Virus record (IMG/VR): IMGVR_UViG_3300032242_002920
Location: 1 to 64,000 of that record
Reading direction: 5' to 3' (one strand)
DNA length: 64,000 nt
From: a virus
In this document: positions 48,261-57,224 of the stretch, piece by piece
Layout: every line of letters starts with the position of its first letter
How positions within the stretch are numbered: position 1 is the first letter of the stretch
Position numbers and translations under genes: made by a program
Notes under the pieces: generated by a model
Seen by the model: the letters and a program-made list of their open reading frames with translations, nothing else
What the model was told of the DNA's origin: nothing
The model's database searches: none

Positions 48261-49076
48261 ATGGCTGATAAAATTAAATATACTACACAAGACGCAGCTT
48301 TTTTAAATAGACAAGTTGGTCCACGACCTGATTTGGGTTGGGCGGTTAATAGTCCAGACATCAGTGCTAATGATAGTAAAAATTGGACCGTTCAATTAGT
48401 TAAAGCAAATAAAAAATATCTTAACCTTTGGGTTGAAGAAGCAGATATTGATTTTTCAATGTCCGGAACTACTGGTCAAAGTCGTTATAGAAGAGAATTT
48501 TATCCGCACTCTTTTAACGAACCTACATTGGTGCTAAAGGGTCGTATGCCAAATCAAAGAGAGTATAACAAATTAGCGGCGTTTGTTCGCGAGTCTCATT
48601 CAGAAGCACTTAATGCCAATGTTAATTACTCTGAAAAATCAGCAGGAAAGAAAGCTTACCCTACGGTTTCTTTAATTATGAGACCCCATGCCCCTGAAAA
48701 TCGTTTTCCAAGAACTCAAAAAGGTGGTCACCGGGGAATGCAACTTGAAGGATACATTAAATCGATTGCTGCGGGAGCACAAAAATTTGAATTCGCACCT
48801 GCATTTGAAATTCAATTTATTGTTGCGTCATCCGCCGTTTCTTCTGGAATTGGAATTTATCAAGATGATCTCGACCCCGGCTCTCAAGTTGTTAGTTGGA
48901 TGTCTATTTTTAAAGACGGTTATCTTGGTGCCAAATCTGGTTATCAAATTAAAGAGGCGATTGGACAAAGTACTCCGGGTTATTATATTAATGCTGCCGG
49001 AGAATCCGTTATTGAGCAACCTAAAGGTGCGCAAATTAATCACCGAGGCGTGGTTCCAAACGATTTAAGTAAATAA
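48261..49076 (+). CDS. Baseplate/minor tail protein (tube-like fold candidate)
   Basis: Synteny; QSR..R.FYP...G.I..I..G. Confidence 0.6.
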   Translation: MADKIKYTTQDAAFLNRQVGPRPDLGWAVNSPDISANDSKNWTVQLVKANKKYLNLWVEEADIDFSMSGTTGQSRYRREFYPHSFNEPTLVLKGRMPNQREYNKLAAFVRESHSEALNANVNYSEKSAGKKAYPTVSLIMRPHAPENRFPRTQKGGHRGMQLEGYIKSIAAGAQKFEFAPAFEIQFIVASSAVSSGIGIYQDDLDPGSQVVSWMSIFKDGYLGAKSGYQIKEAIGQSTPGYYINAAGESVIEQPKGAQINHRGVVPNDLSK

Positions 49077-49077
49077 T

Positions 49078-50700
49078 ATGAAAAGACTAGTTTATTCGCC
49101 TTCAGTTAAAGCGTGGGTAAAATCTGATTCAGGAGTAATAGATTTAAGTCCATATATCACTGATTGCAAAATTGAAAGAAAAGTAAATGATATAAGTACC
49201 GCTGAAATTACCTTTAGAAATCCTAGGGTATTACAAGACGGTAAACCTCGTTTTATGTTCACCGAAAAAACAAAAAACGATGGAACTGTTGGACCCGTTT
49301 TTCATCCTATGGACCCCATCACAATTGTTTTAAAAAGACTTGATGGCAAACCCGTTCAAGTATTTACGGGATATTGCGACAACGTGCCATATGTTCAGTT
49401 GTTTCCCGGAACTGCAAAAATTACTGCATCTTGTACTCTTAAAAGACTTCTTTACACTTATTGGGATCCGGGACTTGTTTTTGTTCGTGATTTTATGAAA
49501 AATTATGGATGGAGTTTAGGTGGCGATGGAGTAGTTCGACGCGGAAGTGGTGATTCGTATTTAACAGACACCACAAAAATTACTAATAATCAATTAAATG
49601 ATTCCAGTATTGGCAATTTGGTTTATGTTGTTTTAAATGAAATCGGTGGCTGGGATCCAAGTAATATTTTTATTGAACCACTTCCAGAAAATATTGGCGG
49701 AATTATCAGTCAATTATTTGATCAAATTGTAAGCGATAATAAAAAAGTTAATGCTGACATAGCAAAAGTGTTACAAGACATTGTTGGTAGCGGATCTTTT
49801 GGTACGTCAGGAACAGGATCGGGTATTTCAAATCAAACCACCGGCACGGTAACCATTATTGGTGACAGTATTACATACTACAGTGAAACTGCAATTCAGA
49901 ATGCAATATCAAACGCTCAAATTTTTGCGCAGATAGGAAAGCATATGAAACTTGATGCGGGAACAACTAACGGTGGAGATTCTGGATTAAAAATTCTTAA
50001 AGATAATAAAAATTCGCTTGGCGATGTTGTTGTTATTGCCTTGGGAACAAATGATGAAGACGTAAAAAATCCATCAACGTTTGAAGGTTGGATCGATCAA
50101 GCAATGCAAATTATTGGTTCTACTAAAACCGCCGTATTTGTTACTGTAACAAATAATGATAATGTTAACAATGCTATTAGAAATAGGGTTGCAAAATTTA
50201 ATAATTTAAAAATTGCCGATTGGAAATCAAAGGCACAACTTGGACCAGATGGCATTCACCCTACCGCTCACGGTCAAAAGGTATTTGCAAAAACTATAGC
50301 AGATGTTGTTAATTCAATTTTACCTGCAAACCCAGAAGCTACTACGGGAACTGCGGTTTACGAAGGAATTCGTATGGCGTCTTGGATTGTTCCAATTCTT
50401 AAATGGGCAAGGCAACATGGTTGGAATGGAACAATTATAAATGGATATAGATCATACGCTAAGCAAAAAGAACTTCATGACGCATGGATTGCAAGAGGCA
50501 AAACTGGTCTTCCGGCAGCCGCGCCGGGTACAAGTAATCACGAAGGAAGCGAGTTTCCTCGCGGTGCTGTCGATGTAGATGAAGCTTCCGCTCCCGAATT
50601 AAGTAGAATTCTTTTAAGTGGGCCATACGCTACTACTTTGGTATACGCTGGAGATGCTGACGTTGTTCACTTTTCACATCCTCATAACGGTGGATTTTAA
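49078..50700 (+). CDS. Baseplate hub N-half paralog 1 plus SGNH esterase plus M15-type peptidase
   Basis: Shared MKRLVYSP domain; GDS, GTND, DGIHP; GYRS..KQ...AAPGTSNH...AVD...VHF. Confidence 0.85.
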   Translation: MKRLVYSPSVKAWVKSDSGVIDLSPYITDCKIERKVNDISTAEITFRNPRVLQDGKPRFMFTEKTKNDGTVGPVFHPMDPITIVLKRLDGKPVQVFTGYCDNVPYVQLFPGTAKITASCTLKRLLYTYWDPGLVFVRDFMKNYGWSLGGDGVVRRGSGDSYLTDTTKITNNQLNDSSIGNLVYVVLNEIGGWDPSNIFIEPLPENIGGIISQLFDQIVSDNKKVNADIAKVLQDIVGSGSFGTSGTGSGISNQTTGTVTIIGDSITYYSETAIQNAISNAQIFAQIGKHMKLDAGTTNGGDSGLKILKDNKNSLGDVVVIALGTNDEDVKNPSTFEGWIDQAMQIIGSTKTAVFVTVTNNDNVNNAIRNRVAKFNNLKIADWKSKAQLGPDGIHPTAHGQKVFAKTIADVVNSILPANPEATTGTAVYEGIRMASWIVPILKWARQHGWNGTIINGYRSYAKQKELHDAWIARGKTGLPAAAPGTSNHEGSEFPRGAVDVDEASAPELSRILLSGPYATTLVYAGDADVVHFSHPHNGGF

Positions 50701-51978
50701 ATGAAACGCCTTGTATATAGCCCTTCAGTTAAAGCGTGGGTAAAAACTGATTCTGGTGTTGTAGATCTTAGTCCGTATATTATTAACTGTACAATTAAAA
50801 GAAATATTGACGATGTTAGTAAAGCTGAAATTACTTTTAGAAATCCTAAAGTAATTCAAAGCGGTAAAAACAGATTCATGTTTACTGAACACGAAGATGA
50901 AAATGGTCAAATCAAACCAGTTTTTCACCCCATGGATCCTATCACAATTGTTATGGAAAGAGTTGCAAATAAACCCGTTCAAGTATTTACCGGTTATTGC
51001 GATACAACTCCATATGTTCAATTATTTCCGGGTGCCGCTAAAATTAACGCGTCTTGTACTTTAAAGAGACTTTTGTATACGTACTGGGATCCCGGCCTTC
51101 TTTTTGTTCGCGATTTTATGAAAAATTACGGATGGACTATTGGTAATAACGGTCAAGCCGTAAATGAAAAACTTTCGACAAAAGCAGAAAATTTTGCTGA
51201 TAAACCGGCTAAATCGGTCAATCTTAATGATTCTAGTATCGGCAATTTAGTTTATGCAACTCTTAATGAAATTGGCGGCTGGGACCCAAGTAATATTTAC
51301 ATTCAACCTTTGCCCGACAATATTGCAACAACTGTATCCAAACTTTTTGACGAAATTGTTCAAGAAGACAAAAATATTGAAGAAAGTTTAGCGGATGTTA
51401 TGCAAAAAATTGTTGGTAGTGGAAGTTATGGAACTCTAGGTACCGTGAATGGTAGCAGTCAAGCATCTACTGGGGGTGGTGGAAGCGTTGGAACGGCCCC
51501 CGTTGCGGCGGCAAATGCCCCACAATTATTACAAAAATTAATTAACGAATGTAATCGTATTGCAAATCATAGGACCTATTATTCTCAAGCGCACAGAAAT
51601 GGTTCCGCTGGTGTTCAACAACCAAATAAAGCCAGTGACGGGTCGTATTATTTTGACTGCTCTAGTTTTGTATCATATATAATGAATTTCATCGGACATT
51701 ATGGGGGCAATATGACTTGGGCAGAAGTTTCAGGATGGTTTCAAAGTAGCTGGGGTAAACAGGGCAAGGGTAAATACTTAACTGTTTGGGCTAACCCGGA
51801 GCACGTTTTCTTAGAGATTAAAGATCAAAATGGATCGTCTAAATTTATTGGAACTTCGAGTTATATTGAGGGGCAAAATCCCGATTCAAATAGTCCCGTT
51901 GGTCACAGTCATACAGTTGGTTGGATGGGCAGTTATACCACTGATGCGTTTACTCCTAAGCACATTCCGGGGTTTTAA
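50701..51978 (+). CDS. Baseplate hub N-half paralog 2 plus NlpC/P60 domain
   Basis: Shared N domain; YSQ...FDCSSFVS...ANPEHVFLE. Confidence 0.85.
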   Translation: MKRLVYSPSVKAWVKTDSGVVDLSPYIINCTIKRNIDDVSKAEITFRNPKVIQSGKNRFMFTEHEDENGQIKPVFHPMDPITIVMERVANKPVQVFTGYCDTTPYVQLFPGAAKINASCTLKRLLYTYWDPGLLFVRDFMKNYGWTIGNNGQAVNEKLSTKAENFADKPAKSVNLNDSSIGNLVYATLNEIGGWDPSNIYIQPLPDNIATTVSKLFDEIVQEDKNIEESLADVMQKIVGSGSYGTLGTVNGSSQASTGGGGSVGTAPVAAANAPQLLQKLINECNRIANHRTYYSQAHRNGSAGVQQPNKASDGSYYFDCSSFVSYIMNFIGHYGGNMTWAEVSGWFQSSWGKQGKGKYLTVWANPEHVFLEIKDQNGSSKFIGTSSYIEGQNPDSNSPVGHSHTVGWMGSYTTDAFTPKHIPGF

Positions 51979-53207
51979 TGAAACGATTAGTTTATTCACC
52001 GTCAATTAAAGTTTGGGTAAAAACAGATTCGGGCGTTGTTGATTTAAGTCCATATGTCGTCAATTGCAGAATTGAACGCAAAATTGATGACGTAAGTTTT
52101 GCCGAAGTTGAATTTCGAAATCCTAAAATTACTCAAAATGGTAAAAATCGATTTATGTTTACTGAGCATGAAACTGACGGTAAGGTACTGCCAGTTTTTC
52201 ATCCCATGGATCCAATTACCATAGTTGTTGAAAGATTAGCTGGCAAACCCGTACAAGTGTTTACTGGTTATTGTGATACGGTTCCAGACGTTCAATTATT
52301 TCCGGGAACGGCAACAATTAAAGCATCTTGTACTCTTAAAAGATTACTTTATACGTACTGGGATCCGGGACTTCCTTTCGTTCAAGAATTTTTAAAAAAT
52401 TATGGATGGAATTTAGACATGACAACCGGTAAAGCTGGAAAACCATTAAGTACGGAAAATCAAAATGTTTCTAAAGTAAATAAATTAAACGATTCTAGTA
52501 TTGGTAATTTGGTTTACGCGGTTTTAAATGAAATCGGCGGTTGGGATCCGAGTAATATTTTTATTCAACCATTACCCGGAAATATTGCAGACATCGTTTC
52601 AAAACTTTTTGATGAAATAGCAAAAGAAAACAAAAATGTTAATAAAGAAATTGCAGACGTTTTACAAAAAATTGTTGGCAATGGTACATTTGGAACAGCT
52701 TCAGCAGGAGGCGGAGGTGGTAGCGCTCCCGGAGGCGAGCCGGGAACAAGTGGCGCGGTTCATAATTTAAGACAAAAAATCAACATTATACGCGCATCCG
52801 CAAATCAATATGGCATTCCACCTGAGTTTCCTCTTGCAGTTGCTATTGTTGAAACCAGTTTGGAAGATAATGCGGATACTGGAACTTATCATGGTTGGTA
52901 CCAATGGGCAAGTTCTGAATCCTATGTTGGTCAACCAACTTTGGATATGTCAAAGGCGCACGACCTTGGTTATGCATCAGGGCAATTTTGCAGAGCAGCC
53001 AAAGCTCGTGAAAAATACAAACAATATGGGTACCCAACATGGGCTAGATCTTGTCAGTTAAATCCATCTAGCGTTAATAACGCTGCGACGCATGGAATAT
53101 ACGGGGCCTTTAATCCAAACCCAGATAGCAATGCATTGTACAGTGACGCTAGATTTCCAGAATTTATTAATCAAGCTAAAGAATATTTAAGACAGTATCC
53201 AAACTAG
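51978..53207 (+). CDS. Baseplate hub N-half paralog 3 plus lysozyme-like/lytic transglycosylase domain
   Basis: Shared N domain; A.QYGIP....LAVAIVET...GWYQ. Confidence 0.8.
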   Translation: MKRLVYSPSIKVWVKTDSGVVDLSPYVVNCRIERKIDDVSFAEVEFRNPKITQNGKNRFMFTEHETDGKVLPVFHPMDPITIVVERLAGKPVQVFTGYCDTVPDVQLFPGTATIKASCTLKRLLYTYWDPGLPFVQEFLKNYGWNLDMTTGKAGKPLSTENQNVSKVNKLNDSSIGNLVYAVLNEIGGWDPSNIFIQPLPGNIADIVSKLFDEIAKENKNVNKEIADVLQKIVGNGTFGTASAGGGGGSAPGGEPGTSGAVHNLRQKINIIRASANQYGIPPEFPLAVAIVETSLEDNADTGTYHGWYQWASSESYVGQPTLDMSKAHDLGYASGQFCRAAKAREKYKQYGYPTWARSCQLNPSSVNNAATHGIYGAFNPNPDSNALYSDARFPEFINQAKEYLRQYPN

Positions 53208-53256
53208 CAAAGTAGCATTACCTTTAGAGTAATAAGAGAAAGATAGGAATAAAATT

Positions 53257-54777
53257 ATGAGAGCAAATGCGCCCGCAGGCGGACCGGCAACACCGGCAGT
53301 AAAGAAACCCGCTAATATTTTTCCACAAGGAACTAGTCAAAACGTTCATAAGATTCAAACTGATGCGGGAACGTATGGTGCGTCGGTTAACGGAAATACA
53401 GTTAAATATCAAACGTATGTAATACACACTGCGGGAACCCATTTTGATGTTGCAGCCCCTGTTAAATGTTTAGTCGCATCAGTTAAAAATTCGGGTAATA
53501 ATAAAAAAGTTTTAATTCAATTTTTAGAAACCATCGGTCTTTATAAAGCCGGTGATTATATGTCAATTTCTGCGCTTTCTGGCAGTATTAGCATTGGACA
53601 TCAATACAAAAAGGGCGCAGTTATTGGAACCAGTAGTGATAATACGGTTTCTATTGCTATGAATCCATCAGGAGCCAAAAATGGACGTATTACTCTTGAT
53701 GGAGCGGCTGACCCAGCAAAATTTGTTGATTATGCTCAAGGAGTGGCCGATGCAGCCGGGAATCCAACTAGTGCAACTAGTGCAACTGGAACTAATAATG
53801 ATACTGCTAGCGCTGGTGGAACGGACGTAGGTTCCATTGCAAAAGCTGCGGCATTTTCTACATTTTTTACACTGCCGGGTATCTTCAATACTTATGAATC
53901 TCAAAGTTTAACTGGTCAAAGAAGCTTAATGAATGATCAGCCACTTATGCCATTTATTCAACAATTATGTGGAGCTTGCCTTAGGCATTTTATGTCTACT
54001 CCTACCGGCGATTTCTTTGCATTTTATCCAGATTATTTTGGCGGATTAGGTAAAACCGCCTATTGGCTTATTGAAGACATTGAAGTTATAAATGGAAGTA
54101 TTGAATTATCTGACGATCAATTGGCAACTCATGTTTACGTTGTTGGAGACATTGTTGGAGCGCCATCCGGTGCGCTTGGAGGTAATGGTATTGATACATT
54201 AGATCGTTTAAACACGGGTGGAGTGGTAACTATTTTCAATGCATTTATGGCTGATTTCTTAAATGGTACAGATGTTTCTGGAGCCGCTAAAGTAGATAAA
54301 ACAAAGTACCCAACTCTTGCTGACAAAGCTGACGCCATCGCGTTCCTTCAAAAGTATGGGGCCAGACCATATTACGAAGAACAACCTACAGTTCGAGCGC
54401 CCATTTATGAAGCATTTTTAGCTTATCAAAAATTTTGTTTAAAATGGTCCGATCAATTTAAAACGACGTTTGAATTTACTTTTATGCCTGAACTTTATCC
54501 GGGCGGTTTAGTTGCATTTCCAGAGCATGGTTTGCAATGTTATGTTAACTCCGTAACGCATAACTGTTCTTACGAAACAGGATTTACTACAACTGCTGAA
54601 TTATCAGCGCCCTCTGCATTTAAGGGTGGCGATGGCAATCCACTTGATCCGGATAAAGCATGGGTTCACGCTGGCATGATTAGGTCTTGGCCAACCGATG
54701 ACAATGTTGGCGCTTTTACAGGAGCTACGGATACGGATCCAGCCCAACAAAAAACTAAGGGCAAGGGCAAGAAATAA
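53257..54777 (+). CDS. Baseplate hub C-half with a degenerate M23-like N-terminal domain
   Basis: LMNDQPL...R.FMS.P.GDF.A.YPDYFG...YGARP...TFMPELYPG...YVNSVTH...GFTT.A.L.AP. Confidence 0.75.
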   Translation: MRANAPAGGPATPAVKKPANIFPQGTSQNVHKIQTDAGTYGASVNGNTVKYQTYVIHTAGTHFDVAAPVKCLVASVKNSGNNKKVLIQFLETIGLYKAGDYMSISALSGSISIGHQYKKGAVIGTSSDNTVSIAMNPSGAKNGRITLDGAADPAKFVDYAQGVADAAGNPTSATSATGTNNDTASAGGTDVGSIAKAAAFSTFFTLPGIFNTYESQSLTGQRSLMNDQPLMPFIQQLCGACLRHFMSTPTGDFFAFYPDYFGGLGKTAYWLIEDIEVINGSIELSDDQLATHVYVVGDIVGAPSGALGGNGIDTLDRLNTGGVVTIFNAFMADFLNGTDVSGAAKVDKTKYPTLADKADAIAFLQKYGARPYYEEQPTVRAPIYEAFLAYQKFCLKWSDQFKTTFEFTFMPELYPGGLVAFPEHGLQCYVNSVTHNCSYETGFTTTAELSAPSAFKGGDGNPLDPDKAWVHAGMIRSWPTDDNVGAFTGATDTDPAQQKTKGKGKK

Positions 54778-56720
54778 TGGCTATTAAACATTTTGTTAAT
54801 CCATCGTTGGGTCCTAGACAAATGGGGCTTATTACAACTGTTGAACCTGCAACTCGCAAAATTGAAGCAAAATTAAAAGATGGTGGAGAGATTGCAGTTT
54901 CGCTCTTTGATATTCCTCCATTTTTTGTTTGGCCTAAAGTGGGCGACCTTTGGATTATTCGTAAAGATGGTGGATATTGGAAACTTGATACTAAAATTGA
55001 TACGGATAAAGAATACCCTGTAGATAATTTAAATGCAGGCGAGGGTAAAATTAGCGCGGACATTATCAAAACACCGTCTGGTAAAAACGTCGTCGTTGTT
55101 GATAAAACAAATGGCACTAACGGCCAAGTTGTTCAATATAAAGATGGCGCATGGATTCTTGGAGAAGTTGTAACCAGCGGAGGGTCCAGTACAGATATTC
55201 AGGCTACTGTAGCTGGGTCAGCCGCCGGAACAGATCCAACAGTAACAAAAAGAGTTGTTGGAACAACAACTTATTTTGATTTTACAATTCCTAGCGGAGC
55301 AACTGGCGCACAAGGTAATCCCGGAGCCGTTCAAACTGTTACCACATCTTCTGGGTCTGGTATCACAATTGGAGGAACCGGTGCTAATCCAACTGTAAGC
55401 ATTGACACAACAAAAGTTGCAACTTATAGCGGATCTACTCTTGCATCTGGAATCACATCATCTTCTTTAACCAAAATTGGCACATTGTCATCTGGCGCTG
55501 GAACGGCTTTTGTTAAAACAGACGGAAGCGGAAATTTAACTACTGATTCAAATACATATCTTACTGGCAACCAAACTATTACTATGTCAGGAGATGTTTC
55601 CGGTAGCGGTACAACTTCAATTACTAATATGGCAATTGGTTCTGGTAAAGTTACAGATTCTATGATTAATGCCGGTATAACTACCGGTAACGCCAGTCCT
55701 ACGTCGGGAGCCGCATCTTCGCTTCTTGTCAGCGCGGGGAACGCCCTTGGTTCTACAATTACTTCAACTAATCCAGTTATAGATAAATCATATCTTAATA
55801 ATACAATCGCTTCAACGGTTGATATTTCTACTGCCGCAATCTCGACTGGTACAAAAATTGTAAACATTGGAACCAATTCTGCTGCTGGTTCAACGACCAA
55901 TATTAATATTGGCTCGCAAGCAGGAACCGCTGGTTTAAATATATATTCTGGAGCGACAACTGCCGCAATGTCTTTTGGCGTATATGGATCGACGCCATTA
56001 ATTAGCTTCGGAACCAGTGCTTTGATAACTGACATTAATATGAATAGTCATAAAGTTACAAATGTTACAGATCCAACTTCCGCTCAAGATGCGACGACTA
56101 AGAATTATGTCGATTATAATGGAAGATTAAATTTTTCTACAACTGGTTACACTGCTAAGGCATCAATTGTGTGTGTGCAACAAAGACCGGAAATAGTTCA
56201 AGGTGTAACAAATATCAGTTTATCAACTGCGGGTTATACCTATTATGTCAAGTTTATTCCATCTACATCTATTACCGTTACTGCCGGATCTTCTACGGTT
56301 AAAGTATATAATACATTAAGCTCTAATTCAACTTTTAATGGTAAAATCAGATTTTATGATAGTTCGGGTAATTATTTGCTTAATTCTGGTTTAACTACAG
56401 TTGTAGAAACTTCTACAATTACATTAAGTGGAGGCGCGGGACTTAAAACTGGAACTTTTGGCGGAGGTATGACTGGCACCGCCTCTCTAACAGCGGGAAC
56501 GGTTTATTGGGCTGGAATTTGGGTTCCAACTACTGCAACTGGTACGGCCCCGGTTCTTTCTGATTCTTCATATTTACAAAATCAAGCTTGGTACGGTACC
56601 GGATTAACACTTGCTAATGCGGATTATTATGTATCAACTTCTACAAGTACCGGAAATCCACCCGCGACTATAACAGGTGCATCTGCAACTCAGGGTCCAT
56701 TTATTCTTATTACTCCATAA
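54777..56720 (+). CDS. Central spike-like protein (OB-fold N-terminus) with fibre-like extension
   Basis: G.ITTV.P...WPKVGD.W; position between hub and gp25-like gene; FDF.IP.G..G.QG; DATTKNYVD. Confidence 0.6.
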   Translation: MAIKHFVNPSLGPRQMGLITTVEPATRKIEAKLKDGGEIAVSLFDIPPFFVWPKVGDLWIIRKDGGYWKLDTKIDTDKEYPVDNLNAGEGKISADIIKTPSGKNVVVVDKTNGTNGQVVQYKDGAWILGEVVTSGGSSTDIQATVAGSAAGTDPTVTKRVVGTTTYFDFTIPSGATGAQGNPGAVQTVTTSSGSGITIGGTGANPTVSIDTTKVATYSGSTLASGITSSSLTKIGTLSSGAGTAFVKTDGSGNLTTDSNTYLTGNQTITMSGDVSGSGTTSITNMAIGSGKVTDSMINAGITTGNASPTSGAASSLLVSAGNALGSTITSTNPVIDKSYLNNTIASTVDISTAAISTGTKIVNIGTNSAAGSTTNINIGSQAGTAGLNIYSGATTAAMSFGVYGSTPLISFGTSALITDINMNSHKVTNVTDPTSAQDATTKNYVDYNGRLNFSTTGYTAKASIVCVQQRPEIVQGVTNISLSTAGYTYYVKFIPSTSITVTAGSSTVKVYNTLSSNSTFNGKIRFYDSSGNYLLNSGLTTVVETSTITLSGGAGLKTGTFGGGMTGTASLTAGTVYWAGIWVPTTATGTAPVLSDSSYLQNQAWYGTGLTLANADYYVSTSTSTGNPPATITGASATQGPFILITP

Positions 56721-56770
56721 CTTGAATCACACGCTTCACATATGACAAATACGCGCAGTTAATATATGAC

Positions 56771-57220
56771 ATGACTTGGAGTTTAAAATTAACAGCAGAT
56801 GGAGATTTGGCTCTAGGTAGCCATGGATTTGCCGAGGTTGCGAATGAAGAAAAACTTATTCAAGATTTGCGATGCGAATTATTGGAACCTAAAGGGTTAA
56901 ATCCTTTAAACCCTCAATATGGTTCAAACCTTGAAGGCGAATTGTCTTCTGATTTTATGACAACTGACAATGAGCTAATGACAAGGATTGAGGCCGATAT
57001 TATGGAGGTTATTAAAAGTTACCAAGACCGACAGCTTGCTAGGGCAAAATACGACAAAATGGTTAGAGGTTCAGCCACTTTGACTCCAAAAGAAGTAGTG
57101 GTTGCCGCTCAAATTTCAAATTTTGTTCCTAATCAAACAAGCGTAAATGTTACCGTAGACATTACCACTGCTTCGTCAAGTCCAACTCAATACCCCGTAC
57201 AACTCAATCTTACAATTTAA
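56771..57220 (+). CDS. gp25-like baseplate wedge/sheath initiator
   Basis: GDL...KL.QDL...L.EP.G....P.YGS.L. Confidence 0.8.
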   Translation: MTWSLKLTADGDLALGSHGFAEVANEEKLIQDLRCELLEPKGLNPLNPQYGSNLEGELSSDFMTTDNELMTRIEADIMEVIKSYQDRQLARAKYDKMVRGSATLTPKEVVVAAQISNFVPNQTSVNVTVDITTASSSPTQYPVQLNLTI

Positions 57221-57224
57221 TTAA

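Noticed and set aside
50686-51978. Shared C-terminal GF (GGF*, PGF*) as a docking tag
   Set aside because: The third paralog lacks it, and similar ends (RHxxxL) are the natural terminus of the other NlpC/P60 domains here
49078-53207. Hub triplication as a misassembly, shufflon or DGR target
   Set aside because: The copies differ at many synonymous and indel positions, all are intact and co-oriented, and no recombinase, inverted sites, reverse transcriptase or adenine-specific variation was seen
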